Assembly (NCBI GenBank): GCA_044868125.1 | Contig: JBIOWB010000143.1 | Span: forward strand, 2,150 to 66,149 | DNA from: Solirubrobacterales bacterium | Lineage (GTDB): Bacteria; Actinomycetota; Thermoleophilia; Solirubrobacterales; 70-9 | Reading direction: 5' to 3' | DNA length: 64,000 bases | Notes under the pieces: model-generated | What the model was told of the DNA's origin: nothing | The model's input: only the letters and a program-made list of their open reading frames with translations | The model's database searches: none | In this document: positions 33,812-42,536 of the stretch, piece by piece | Layout: each line of letters starts with the position of its first letter | Position numbering within the stretch: the stretch's first letter is position 1 | Made by a program: the position numbers and the translations under genes

Positions 33812-34861
33812 TTAGTGCCGACGGGACGATTCCGGTCCATATAGGACCCTTTTCGTCCCGTCGGCAATCCGTTCGCCCGTTGCGAAGGCGTCGTAGCCGA
33901 GGTAGTCGGGGTACTCGAGGCGAGGGGCGTGGCGGGCGGCGGCTCCGATCATCGCCGCATTGTCGGTGCAGAGGGCGATCGGGACCAGCTTCAGCCGCAC
34001 CCCCATCTCCTCGCAGAGTGCCGCCACCGCCTCGCGCAGCGGCCCGTTGGCGGCGACGCCGCCGCCGAGCGCGACCGCCTCCCAGTCCCCCTTCTTCAGC
34101 GCCCGCTTCAGCTTCGTCCGCAGCTGCTCTACCACCGCGGCCTGGAAGGAAGCGGCTATGTCGGCGCTGCGCTCTCGCACGCCTTCCGGGCCGAGCTCTC
34201 TGCAGCGGTAGAGGACCGCCGTCTTCAGGCCGCTGAAGCTGAAGTCGAGGCCTGGGTCGCGGGCCATCGCCACCGGCATCTCGAACGCCTCCGGGTCGCC
34301 CTGCTCCGCCTCCTTCTGGATCAGCGGCCCACCGGGGTAGCCGAGCCCGAGCAGCCGTGCCGACTTGTCGAAGGCCTCGCCGGCGGCGTCGTCGAGCGTC
34401 TGTCCGAGCAGCTCGTAGCCCTCGTGGTCGCGCACCCCCGCCAGCATCGTGTGGCCGCCGCTGGCGATCAGGCAGAGGAAGGGCGGCCCCAGCGGCTCCG
34501 GCTCGAGGAAGTTGGCGGCGACGTGCCCCTGCAGGTGGTCGACGGGGATCAGCGGCAGACGGCGGGCGGCGGCGATCCCCTTGGCGGCGCTGATCCCGAC
34601 CAGCAGCGCCCCGATCAGCCCCGGCCCGGCCGTGGCGGCGACGGCCTCGACGTCGTCCAGCGTCACCCCCGCCTCCCGCAGCGCCGCCTCGACCACCGGC
34701 TCGACCAGCTCCAGGTGGTGGCGGGCCGCAACCTCCGGCACCACGCCGCCGAACCCTTCGTGGGCTTTGGCCTGGGAGGAGATGACGTTGCTGAGGATGC
34801 GCGGCCCGTCGAGGACGGCGGCGCAGGTGTCGTCGCAGGAGGTCTCGATCGCCAGCAGCAC
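33812..34861 (-). CDS. tsaD: tRNA N6-adenosine threonylcarbamoyltransferase TsaD
   Basis: MLLAIETSCDDTCAAVL, GVVPEVAARHH, IASGGHT, DNAAMIG. Confidence 0.9.
   Translation of the reverse strand: MLLAIETSCDDTCAAVLDGPRILSNVISSQAKAHEGFGGVVPEVAARHHLELVEPVVEAALREAGVTLDDVEAVAATAGPGLIGALLVGISAAKGIAAARRLPLIPVDHLQGHVAANFLEPEPLGPPFLCLIASGGHTMLAGVRDHEGYELLGQTLDDAAGEAFDKSARLLGLGYPGGPLIQKEAEQGDPEAFEMPVAMARDPGLDFSFSGLKTAVLYRCRELGPEGVRERSADIAASFQAAVVEQLRTKLKRALKKGDWEAVALGGGVAANGPLREAVAALCEEMGVRLKLVPIALCTDNAAMIGAAARHAPRLEYPDYLGYDAFATGERIADGTKRVLYGPESSRRH
33816..33866. repeat. palindromic element, copy 2 (14-bp perfect arms, 23-nt spacer)
   Basis: TGCCGACGGGACGA (33816-33829) and TCGTCCCGTCGGCA (33853-33866). 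The spacer TTCCGGTCCATATAGGACCCTTT closely resembles copy 1. Confidence 0.8.
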
Positions 34862-34870
34862 TTCAGCTCC

Positions 34871-35341
34871 CTAGTCCAACCACATGATCAGGGCGTCCTC
34901 GCCGTTGTCGTGGTAGTAGCGAGGACGCACCCCGGCGGAACGGAAGCCGAAGCGTTCGTACATGCCGATCGCGCGGTGGTTGGATACCCGGACCTCGAGC
35001 GTGAAGGGCAGCTTCTCCCGCGACTCCTCGATCAGGTGCCGCATCAGCTGGCCGGCGACGCCGCCACCGCGGCGCTCGGGGGCGACAGCGATGTTCATCA
35101 GGTGCCAGACCTGGTCGTAGCGGGAGCAGATCACGTAGCCGAGCAGCTCGTCGCCGGCGCTGGCGGCGAGGCAGATCCCCGAAGGCTTGGAGAGCTCGAG
35201 CACGAACATCGCCAGCGACCAGGGGGTGGGGAACGAGCGTCGCTCGATCGAGATCACCGCCGGCAGATCGCTGTAGGCGAGCCGCCGGATCTGCACCGCC
35301 TGCTTCAGCTCACTGGGCCTTTTGGAAAGCGTCTCGCTCAC
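34871..35341 (-). CDS. rimI: ribosomal-protein-alanine N-acetyltransferase RimI
   Basis: GNAT motifs IAVAPERRGGGVAGQLM and RAIGMYERFGF. Start is GTG 35341 (overlapping the tsaB end) or GTG 35296. Confidence 0.8.
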   Translation of the reverse strand: MSETLSKRPSELKQAVQIRRLAYSDLPAVISIERRSFPTPWSLAMFVLELSKPSGICLAASAGDELLGYVICSRYDQVWHLMNIAVAPERRGGGVAGQLMRHLIEESREKLPFTLEVRVSNHRAIGMYERFGFRSAGVRPRYYHDNGEDALIMWLD

Positions 35342-36011
35342 GCCACCGCTCCGCGTCCGGGGGTCTGAGGTAGATCGGGGCGAGCTCGTCGCGGTCCTCT
35401 TCGCCCACCGCCGCCGCGAGAGCGCAGACGTGCCGCGCGGCGACTCGGTGGACGGGATCGGAGTCGTCCGGTATGCGGACGCCGTCTCGAGCCAGCTCCT
35501 GGCGGAATCGTACCGCCCCCGAACCGGCGACCGACGGGGTTTCGCCCAGCTGCGACACCCGCTCGGCCAGCTCTTCCGGCCGGTAGACGGCCGGCTCCCA
35601 GAGCCGCTTCCCGTCGATCCCGTAGAGCGCGGCGAAGACCTCGCCGCGCCAGCCGTCCAGCACCGCCAGGGCGGCGCCACCCGCCGCCCCCCGGATTCCC
35701 CGCGCCAGCGCGTCAAGGGTGCAGACTCCGCGCGCCGGCAACCCGAGGCTGACGCCGAGGCCGTGGGCGGTCGCGATCCCGATCCGGACGCCGGTGAAGG
35801 TGCCGGGACCGAGACCGACTGCGAGCAGGTCGACCGCCTCCCAGCCGCCGGCAGCGGCAGCGGCCTTCTCGACCTCCGCCAAGAGACCGGTCGAGTGCAG
35901 CGGCCTCCCCCGCGGGGAGAGCCCCAACTGCGACTCGTGCAGAACCTCGCCGTCGCGCCAGGCGCAGGCGACGGTGTCGACCGTCGCGGTATCGAAGCCG
36001 ACGACGATCAG
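35310..36011 (-). CDS. tsaB: tRNA threonylcarbamoyladenosine biosynthesis protein TsaB
   Basis: (L/M)IVVGFDTAT...VGLGPGTFTGVRIGIATAHGL. The conserved N-terminus requires a start at CTG 36011 (or ATC 36008). The first TTG is at 35927. Confidence 0.8.
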   Translation of the reverse strand: MIVVGFDTATVDTVACAWRDGEVLHESQLGLSPRGRPLHSTGLLAEVEKAAAAAGGWEAVDLLAVGLGPGTFTGVRIGIATAHGLGVSLGLPARGVCTLDALARGIRGAAGGAALAVLDGWRGEVFAALYGIDGKRLWEPAVYRPEELAERVSQLGETPSVAGSGAVRFRQELARDGVRIPDDSDPVHRVAARHVCALAAAVGEEDRDELAPIYLRPPDAERWRERDAFQKAQ

Positions 36012-36018
36012 CGGCTTG

Positions 36019-36393
36019 CTATCCCTCGACCCGGAAGGCCCAGGACCCGACCTTCTTGCCCTTGACGAACCAGCTGACGACGTGCCGGCCGGGGATCGTC
36101 GAGGTGATCTTGTTCACGTAGAGCGTCCCCTGTTCGGCTTCCTGGGCCTGAGCGCAGAGGTTTTTCCCGCTCGGGAACTTGACGCAGACGGAGTAGACGA
36201 CGTCACCGTTGAAGCTTTTGAAGAATGCGCCCTTCTTCGCTTTCCTCGGACAGACGTGGGCGGGCTTGGCGTTGCGCGAGACGCCGCACCCCACGTAGTG
36301 CTTGTAGGCGACCGCGCCGGCCGTGGCGGGCACCGCGGTCGCCAGCAGTCCGGTCGCGAGCATCACTGCCGCAAGCGTCTTCAGTCCCTTCAT
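36019..36393 (-). CDS. small secreted protein of unknown function, located between tsaE and tsaB
   Basis: MKGLKTLAAVMLATGLLATAVPATAGA signal peptide. 4 Cys. High GC3. Confidence 0.55.
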   Translation of the reverse strand: MKGLKTLAAVMLATGLLATAVPATAGAVAYKHYVGCGVSRNAKPAHVCPRKAKKGAFFKSFNGDVVYSVCVKFPSGKNLCAQAQEAEQGTLYVNKITSTIPGRHVVSWFVKGKKVGSWAFRVEG

Positions 36394-36469
36394 CCGTCCT
36401 TGCCCTTTCTGGTTCGAAAGCTTCCGAGCGCCGATGCTACAAACTCGGTGCACCTTTTCCCGAACACCG

Positions 36470-36913
36470 TCAACCTGGGTTGGGTGCGCCCCAGTCGACT
36501 TCTATCCGCCGCCGCTCCTCGGCCCCGTGGACGAGGCGCACCTCGATCGCGGGGCGGCCGAGGCGACCGGCGCCGGCATCGGGCCACTCGACGAAGGCGA
36601 CGCCGTCGGGGCCGATGTAGTCGTCGAGCAGCGCCGGGTCCTCCCCTTCGAGGTCCGCCAGGCGATAGAGGTCGAGGTGGGATATCGGCAGGCGACCGCT
36701 CCCGTAGCGCTGGCCGATCGTGAAGGTGGGCGAGGTGACCGGACCGGTGATGCCGAGGGCGCGGCAGGCGCCGCGGATCAGCGTCGTCTTGCCGGCGCCC
36801 AGCTCGCCGGAGAGGAGGACGACGTCGCCCGGGCCCAACCGCTCGGCGATCCGCGCGCCGAGCGCTTCGGTCTCGGCGGCGCTGCTCGACTCGACGACCT
36901 CCGTCCCGCTCAT
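36470..36913 (-). CDS. tsaE: tRNA threonylcarbamoyladenosine biosynthesis ATPase TsaE
   Basis: LSGELGAGKTTLIRG Walker A, SPTFTI, HLDLYRL. ATGA overlap with the UDG stop. Confidence 0.85.
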   Translation of the reverse strand: MSGTEVVESSSAAETEALGARIAERLGPGDVVLLSGELGAGKTTLIRGACRALGITGPVTSPTFTIGQRYGSGRLPISHLDLYRLADLEGEDPALLDDYIGPDGVAFVEWPDAGAGRLGRPAIEVRLVHGAEERRRIEVDWGAPNPG

Positions 36914-37593
36914 CCGAAGAAACCGAGCTGGTCGCTGGGCGGCGGGGGCGCGTCGTCCTCGCCGTCGGCTTCGGCCAGTTCCTCGGCGCTGGGAACGGGA
37001 TCGGGCAGCGGCCGCCGCAGCAGCTCGGGAACGGTCGCGAAGTCGCCCCGCAACGTCTCCTTCACCGCCGGCGTCCGCAGCGCCGCGGCGGGGTGGAAGA
37101 GCGGCAACAGATAGACGGTGCGGCCGCCGAGGCTGTGCACCTGTGGAGTGCCGCGCACCTTGGTGATCCCGACCTGGCTGCCGCTGAGCAGCTTCGTCGC
37201 GAAGTTGCCGAGCGTGCAGACGACCCGCGGCTCGATCAGCCGCACCTGCTCCCAGAGCCAGGGCTCGCAGGCCTGGACCTCCAGCGGCTGCGGGTCGCGG
37301 TTGCCGGGCGGGCGCGACTTCAGCACGTTGGCGATGAAGACGTCCTCGCGCGAGAGGCCGATCTCTTCCAGCAGCTGGTTCAGCAGCTGCCCGGCGCGGC
37401 CGACGAACGGCAGCCCCTGCCGGTCCTCTTCGGCCCCAGGCGCCTCGCCGACGAACATCAGGTCGGCGTCGGCGTTGCCCGCCCCGAAAACCGCCTTGGT
37501 GCGGGTCTCGTACAGCGGGCATCTTTCGCAGCTCTGCACTTCCTTGTAGAGCTCGACGAGCTTCTCCCGCCGCTCCTCGGCGCTCGCGCTCAT
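36910..37593 (-). CDS. uracil-DNA glycosylase, family 4
   Basis: [39 protein letters not shown]. Confidence 0.85.
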   Translation of the reverse strand: MSASAEERREKLVELYKEVQSCERCPLYETRTKAVFGAGNADADLMFVGEAPGAEEDRQGLPFVGRAGQLLNQLLEEIGLSREDVFIANVLKSRPPGNRDPQPLEVQACEPWLWEQVRLIEPRVVCTLGNFATKLLSGSQVGITKVRGTPQVHSLGGRTVYLLPLFHPAAALRTPAVKETLRGDFATVPELLRRPLPDPVPSAEELAEADGEDDAPPPPSDQLGFFG

Positions 37594-37850
37594 GGGAGAT
37601 CCTCCCCCCTCGCCCGCCGCTTGCGCGACTCGCTCATGCGGTCCTGCCGCGCCGCCTCCCGCTCGCGCCGCCGCGATTCGTCAGAGCGAACCTTCGCCCC
37701 CCGCGGTTGCCGCCCGGGCGGCGCCACCGTCGAATAGCGGCGCCGCGTCCGCTCCGAGCCGCACTCCTTGCAGGCGACCGCGATCCCCGCCCGCACCAGC
37801 TCCTCGAACCGAGCCCCGCACGCCTCGCACTCGAACTCGTAGATCGGCAT
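37590..37850 (-). CDS. FmdB-family zinc-ribbon protein
   Basis: MPIYEFECEACGARFEELV...CKECGS (CxxC...CxxC). Basic C-terminal tail. Confidence 0.7.
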   Translation of the reverse strand: MPIYEFECEACGARFEELVRAGIAVACKECGSERTRRRYSTVAPPGRQPRGAKVRSDESRRREREAARQDRMSESRKRRARGEDLP

Positions 37851-38008
37851 CGCGCGGGCATCGTAATCCCCCGCCCCCCGTCCATCCGGTTTCCGCGCCG
37901 TTGCCTCACTCATCGCTTTTCGTAATGACACCTTTCACAATTCCTTGACACACACCACTCAACGATGACAGCCTGAAGCAGTCCATTTCACTCGAAGGGG
38001 AGTCTCTC

Positions 38009-38347
38009 TTGAAGATCAAGTCTCTCGTCAGCGTTGTCTTGGCGGTGCTGGCGCTCACCTGGGCCCTGGCGATCCCGGCTGTCGCGGCCGTGAAGCTTTC
38101 GATTCAGACGGCCGCCGACAAGGCGTTCATCTTCGCCAAGCACACCTGCGCCCACGACAACAACTGCGTCCGCTACGGCGTCACCAACTGCCACCGCCAG
38201 AGCCTCCACGTGGTCATCTGTCGGATCTTCGACGAACGCAGCACGGAAGCCCAGGGGCGCTACCACTGCACCCGTCTGGTCAGGGTCGCGCTCGATCCGG
38301 TGACCTACCGGATCGTCATCACCGGCCAGGGCAGCTGGCAGTGCTGA
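38009..38347 (+). CDS. small secreted Cys-rich protein of unknown function
   Basis: TTG start with GGGGAG SD. MKIKSLVSVVLAVLALTWALAIPAVAA signal. 6 Cys. Confidence 0.55.
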   Translation: MKIKSLVSVVLAVLALTWALAIPAVAAVKLSIQTAADKAFIFAKHTCAHDNNCVRYGVTNCHRQSLHVVICRIFDERSTEAQGRYHCTRLVRVALDPVTYRIVITGQGSWQC

Positions 38348-38374
38348 GGAACCTCTCTCCGTTTTGAGAGACGG

Positions 38375-38400
38375 GGGAGCCGCTCCGGGCAGCGGCTCCC
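38375..38400. terminator. perfect 10-bp hairpin (GGGAGCCGCT / AGCGGCTCCC, 6-nt loop)
   Basis: 28 nt after the stop of 38009-38347. Its 3' arm is the first 10 nt of the panB-relic repeat. Confidence 0.45.
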
Positions 38401-38486
38401 AATCCCGGCCCTTGGCGCTGGTCAGGCTCTCCTCGTCGAGGCAGCGGCGGAGCTCGGCGGGCTCGGCGGCTCGACGCGGTTCGTAG
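38387..38486 (-). pseudogene. relic copy of the panB 3' end (about 100 nt, roughly 85% identical to 39566-39665)
   Basis: Minus-strand translation EPAELRRCLDEESLTSAKGRDWEPLP compares with the panB C-terminus EPAELDEFRRYLSEESLASAKGWEWEPLP. There is a 1-nt indel. Confidence 0.6.
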
Positions 38487-38529
38487 GCGTCGGCAGAGGA
38501 AACGGCGCCTGAGAGGCGAATGCTGTGCG

Positions 38530-39618
38530 GTGATGAAGGAACGGGGGCGGCTGAAGCGCGTCAGGCACGCTGCCGGTTGCGGGGCCGCCGCGGCGGCGGC
38601 CGTCGCGCTTGCCGTTCCGGCGCCCGCTTCCGCCCGGGGCGACTACGAACTGCGGCAACGCAGTCTCCACCTCTCCCTCTCGTCGATCGCCACCCGCGGC
38701 TACTCGGTCGGCGTCGAAACGCTCGGCCACCATCGGGTGACCATGTTCGTCGAAAAAGGGAACCAGCTCGCCACCTACACCGTCAGGGGCAAGGTCAGCC
38801 GCCATCGCATCACGGCTGACTTCGGGCGTTTCGGCCGGGTCTCGCTGCGCTTCCACGGCAAGCCGCACAGGTTCGAGGTCAGGTCGAAGTCGAGGGCGGC
38901 AGGGCCCCGTCATCGCTGCAGCGGCCGTCGGCCCGAACGCGAAGTCGGGCACTTCCGCGGCGCGATCGAATTCAAGGGACAGCAGGGCTTCACCAGGCTT
39001 GCGGTGGGAAGGACGCGCGGAGAAGTGCGTCGTACCTACCGCCAGGTTTGTCGACTGGTCCACCGACGACAGCGGGCGGGCATCAGCAGCAGCGCCAGCG
39101 CCAGTCCCCTTGGCTTCGCCCTCTCGATCCTCACCGCACGCTCCCGGCTTGCCGGGACCCTGGTCCGTTTCAACGCGATCAGCCTCGAATCGCCGCTGGG
39201 GATCGACCTCTCCGGACAGGATCTGCTCTCGATCGTCAGCGTCTCGTTACGGCAACGAGTCGGGCGGGTCCGGGTCCTGCGCTCAACCCTTCAGACCGTC
39301 GACTCCGACCTGATCAGGGTGAGTCGCCGGGGACGTCGACCCGCGACCGTCCGGGTGGCCCTCCCCTCCCCCTTCAGGGGCAACGCGCGCTACAAAGGGG
39401 CGACCAGGGGGTCGCCTGCCTCCTGGACGGGCTCCTTGAGCGTGCGGCTGCTGGGGAGCGGGGTGCTGCCGCTCGCCGGACCGTCGTTCAGGGCGACCCT
39501 CTGCCGCACGAGCGCGTTCAACCCGCGCAGCCCCTGTTTCCGCCGCGCCGAAGCGAGGGCCGCTAGGGCAGCGGCTCCCACTCCCATCCCTTGGCGCTGG
39601 CCAGGCTCTCCTCGCTGA
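38530..39618 (+). CDS. hypothetical Arg-rich exported protein
   Basis: Signal-like AAAAAAVALAVPAPASA. High GC3 throughout. No recognisable motif. Its 3' end overlaps panB by 56 nt on the opposite strand. Confidence 0.4.
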   Translation: MMKERGRLKRVRHAAGCGAAAAAAVALAVPAPASARGDYELRQRSLHLSLSSIATRGYSVGVETLGHHRVTMFVEKGNQLATYTVRGKVSRHRITADFGRFGRVSLRFHGKPHRFEVRSKSRAAGPRHRCSGRRPEREVGHFRGAIEFKGQQGFTRLAVGRTRGEVRRTYRQVCRLVHRRQRAGISSSASASPLGFALSILTARSRLAGTLVRFNAISLESPLGIDLSGQDLLSIVSVSLRQRVGRVRVLRSTLQTVDSDLIRVSRRGRRPATVRVALPSPFRGNARYKGATRGSPASWTGSLSVRLLGSGVLPLAGPSFRATLCRTSAFNPRSPCFRRAEARAARAAAPTPIPWRWPGSPR

Positions 39619-40498
39619 GGTAGCGGCGGAACTCGTCGAGCTCGGCCGGCTCGACGCTGTAGACGTGGTCGGGCTCGGGAAAGTGTCGGCTGCGGACCTC
39701 GTCGCGGTAGCGCTCGACGGCGGCGACCATCGTCTCGTGGACGTCGGCGTAGCGCTTGACGAATTTCGCCATGTGGCCGGTGGTGATCCCGAGCAGGTCG
39801 TGGAAGACGAGAACCTGGCCCGAGGTCCCCGGCCCGGCGCCGATTCCGATCGTCGGCACCTCGAGGCGTTTGACGATTTCGTCGGTGATCGCCGAGGGGA
39901 CCGCCTCGATCACGATCGCGAAGCAGCCGACCGCCTGCAGCGCCAGGCAGTCCTCGAGCAGCTTGATCGCGCTCTTGGCGCTCTTGCCCTGCGCTTTGTA
40001 GCCGCCGAGGGCGGTCGCGGTCTGGGGGGTGAGGCCGACGTGGCCCATCACCGGGATGCCGGACTGGACGATCGCCCGGGCGCGCTCGACGATGACGCCG
40101 CCGGCCTCGAGCTTGACCGCCTGGCAGCCGGTCTCCTTGACCAGGCGCTGGGCGCTGCGAATCGCCTCCTCGTTGCTCGCCTCGTAGCTGCCCATCGGCA
40201 TGTCGCCGACCATCAGCGGCGTCTTCAGGCCGCGGCGGACCGCTTTGCCGAGGATCAACATCTCCTCCATCGAGACCAGCTTCGTGTCGGGGTAGCCGAG
40301 GACGACATTGGCGGCGGAGTCGCCGACGAGGACGACGTCGACGTCGGCGGCCTCGGCCACGGTCGCCGAGGGGTAGTCGTAGGCGGTGACCATCACGATC
40401 GGTTCGCCGTTGGCCTGCATCTCGCCCAGGCGCGGCAGGCTTACCGGGCGACGGTCGCCACTCTCGGGGGCGGTGTGAGAACGGCCTCCAGAGCTCAT
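39563..40498 (-). CDS. panB: 3-methyl-2-oxobutanoate hydroxymethyltransferase
   Basis: IVMVTAYDYPSA, VLVGDSAANVVLGY, KLEAGG, GHVGLTPQ. Confidence 0.9.
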   Translation of the reverse strand: MSSGGRSHTAPESGDRRPVSLPRLGEMQANGEPIVMVTAYDYPSATVAEAADVDVVLVGDSAANVVLGYPDTKLVSMEEMLILGKAVRRGLKTPLMVGDMPMGSYEASNEEAIRSAQRLVKETGCQAVKLEAGGVIVERARAIVQSGIPVMGHVGLTPQTATALGGYKAQGKSAKSAIKLLEDCLALQAVGCFAIVIEAVPSAITDEIVKRLEVPTIGIGAGPGTSGQVLVFHDLLGITTGHMAKFVKRYADVHETMVAAVERYRDEVRSRHFPEPDHVYSVEPAELDEFRRYLSEESLASAKGWEWEPLP

Positions 40499-40875
40499 TT
40501 GAGAAGCACCTCCGGATGGCTGTCGACGGCGATCGCCTTGTTGTCGTCGTCGACGTGGACGACGACCGGTGAGTAGCGCTCGAGATCGGCCTCGTCGTAG
40601 GCGCCGAACGAGGCGACGATGATCTTGTGGCCGGGCTCGACCAGGTGGGCGGCGGCGCCGTTGACCTGCATCGTGCCCGAGCCCGGCTCGCCGTCGATCA
40701 CGTAGGTGACGAAGCGGGAGCCGTTGTCGACGTCCCAGACGTGGACCTGCTCGTTCGCGATCAGGTCGGCACCGGCCATCAGCTCGGTGTCGATCGTGAT
40801 GCTGCCGATGTAGTCGACGTCGCAGTCGGTCACCGTCGCCCGGTGGATCTTCGACTTCAGCATCTGTCTCTGCAC
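40495..40875 (-). CDS. panD: aspartate 1-decarboxylase
   Basis: MLKSKIHRATVTDCDVDYIGSITID with the Gly-Ser self-cleavage site. Confidence 0.9.
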   Translation of the reverse strand: MQRQMLKSKIHRATVTDCDVDYIGSITIDTELMAGADLIANEQVHVWDVDNGSRFVTYVIDGEPGSGTMQVNGAAAHLVEPGHKIIVASFGAYDEADLERYSPVVVHVDDDNKAIAVDSHPEVLLK

Positions 40876-40894
40876 TGCTTTCCCCTTTCCGGGC

Positions 40895-41818
40895 TCAGGT
40901 GTTGCTGGTGATGGTCGGTTGAATCAAGACGTTGTCGATCAGGCGCGCCGGGCCGACGCGGGCGGCGACGAGGACGAGCACGGGGCGGTCTTCGAGCGCG
41001 TGGACGCGCTCGAGCGTCTCCGCGTCGCGGGCCTCCAGGTACTCGGGCTCGATCGCGGCGGCGACGAGCTCGCGGCGGGCGGCCTCGAGACCCATGCCGA
41101 GCGAGCCCTGCCCGGCGCCGCGCTCGGCGGCGTCGAGGGCGCGGGAGAGCGCGGTGGCGCGCTCCCGGTCCTCCGGACCCAGGTAGGCGTTGCGCGAGCT
41201 CATCGCCAGGCCGTCGGGCTCGCGCACGGTCGGCAGCACCTCGATCCGCACCGGGAAGTCGAGGTCGCGGACCATGCGGCGAATCACGACCGCCTGCTGG
41301 GCGTCCTTCTGGCCGAAGTAGGCGACGTCGGGGCCGACCAGGTTGAAGAGCTTGGCGACGACGGTGGTGACGCCGCGGAAGTGCTCGGGTCCGCGGCGGG
41401 ACGGGTCGCCGTCGAGGACGTTCGTGAGCGGATCGGTCACTTCGACATAGGTGGCTATGCGATTAAGACCATCGGGGTAAACCTCATCGACCGCGGGTGC
41501 GAAGACCAGGTCGGCGCCTGCCTCGCCGGCGAGGCGCAGGTCGCGCTCCTCGTCGCGCGGGTAGCGGTCGAGGTCCTCGCCGGCGCCGAACTGGGTCGGA
41601 TTGACGAAGAGGCTCATCACCACCAGGCCGCACTCTGCGCGGGCGGCGCGGATCAGCGACAGATGCCCCTCGTGCAGACAGCCCATCGTCGGCACCAGGC
41701 CGATCGTCCGCCCATCCTGGCGGGCACCGTCGACGGCAGCGCGAAGGTCGGCCTTGGTGCGCAGGGCGGGAGCGGCCACGTTGGGACGAGGGTTATCGGC
41801 GAGGAGATTCGAGTTCAT
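40895..41818 (-). CDS. panC: pantoate--beta-alanine ligase
   Basis: GLVPTMGCLHEGHLSL, NPTQFG, FGQKDAQQ. Confidence 0.9.
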   Translation of the reverse strand: MNSNLLADNPRPNVAAPALRTKADLRAAVDGARQDGRTIGLVPTMGCLHEGHLSLIRAARAECGLVVMSLFVNPTQFGAGEDLDRYPRDEERDLRLAGEAGADLVFAPAVDEVYPDGLNRIATYVEVTDPLTNVLDGDPSRRGPEHFRGVTTVVAKLFNLVGPDVAYFGQKDAQQAVVIRRMVRDLDFPVRIEVLPTVREPDGLAMSSRNAYLGPEDRERATALSRALDAAERGAGQGSLGMGLEAARRELVAAAIEPEYLEARDAETLERVHALEDRPVLVLVAARVGPARLIDNVLIQPTITSNT

Positions 41819-41856
41819 AGGTCCATGCCCTGGGGGTCACGGCCGTGCGAAGTAAA

Positions 41857-41862
41857 ATTATA
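41857..41862 (-). promoter_or_regulatory. candidate -10 box TATAAT upstream of panC
   Basis: Perfect TATAAT on the minus strand, 38 nt upstream of ATG 41818. Confidence 0.35.
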
Positions 41863-41907
41863 GGCGCACCTCGTTGCGCTTCTGTGACAAATCGCGCGGA
41901 AGAGCCG

Positions 41908-42075
41908 CTATTTGCCTGGCCGGCGAGGCGCCGACTTGGCAACCTCGTCGCCCAGCAAGCGCTTCCGCGCGGCGCGGAATGCAACGCCGCCGACGGCCAG
42001 ATAGACCGCGATCGGCGCGACCAGACCGGGCAACGTCTCCTCCACGGGCACCCCGGCGATATGCCCGATCGCCAT
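41908..42075 (-). CDS. 55-aa single-TM protein translationally coupled to the tyrosinase module (not in the ORF track)
   Basis: MAIGHIAGVPVEETLPGLVAPIAVYLAVGGVAFRAARKRLLGDEVAKSAPRRPGK. High GC3. The ATG shares one base with the upstream TGA (TGATG). Confidence 0.4.
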   Translation of the reverse strand: MAIGHIAGVPVEETLPGLVAPIAVYLAVGGVAFRAARKRLLGDEVAKSAPRRPGK

Positions 42076-42536
42076 CAGTCGTAGGTGACGAGGGAAAGTT
42101 CTTCGAAGTGGAGGACGTCGCCCGCGGGCTCTCCGTCGGCGCGAACCGGAACGACGAAGACATGGAACTCCTGGCGCCCCTGCTTGATCAGCTGCTTCAG
42201 GGCGTCGGTGACCGTGACCACCATCAAGGCCGGATTGAGCGCGTGAGGCGGACGGTAATCGAAGGGGTGGATCGGACCCGCGGGAACCTCACAGTGGCCC
42301 TCGTCGCCGTAGCACGGGCCATGGCCGAAGACATAGAAGGAACCGGCGTACCCGGCGTCGTCCTCCACCGGCGCGGCGGCACCGGCCGACGGCTCGTCGA
42401 AATAGACCCGGCCCTCGTAGGAGTCACCACGGTGCTCGACTCGGTGGAAGCGAAGGTCGGCACGGTAGAAGTCCGGCTGGTCTTCGAAGACCGGGACGGC
42501 GAACGGCTCTTCGGGCGGCGTGCGGTACTGCTCCAT
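42075..42536 (-). CDS. tyrosinase-associated protein resembling the C-terminal lid domain of bacterial tyrosinases
   Basis: DLRFHRVEHRGDSYEGRVYFD...AGSFYVFGHG...VTVTDALKQL. TGATG overlap with the tyrosinase stop. The family assignment is from memory of the domain pattern only. Confidence 0.5.
   Translation of the reverse strand: MEQYRTPPEEPFAVPVFEDQPDFYRADLRFHRVEHRGDSYEGRVYFDEPSAGAAAPVEDDAGYAGSFYVFGHGPCYGDEGHCEVPAGPIHPFDYRPPHALNPALMVVTVTDALKQLIKQGRQEFHVFVVPVRADGEPAGDVLHFEELSLVTYD

Noticed and set aside
37931-37950. A TTCACAA half-site and a perfect TTGACA in the divergent region upstream of the FmdB-UDG-tsa-rex run, checked as a Rex operator (TTGTGAA-N4-TTCACAA).
   Set aside because: The partner half-site is absent (TAATGAC), and no good -10 lies at 17-18 nt from the TTGACA.
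38422-39063. 213-aa minus-strand ORF overlapping the start of the 362-aa plus-strand ORF.
   Set aside because: It has low-complexity composition. Its C-terminal part is just the translated panB-relic repeat in a shifted frame. The plus-strand ORF has the better GC3 and a signal peptide.
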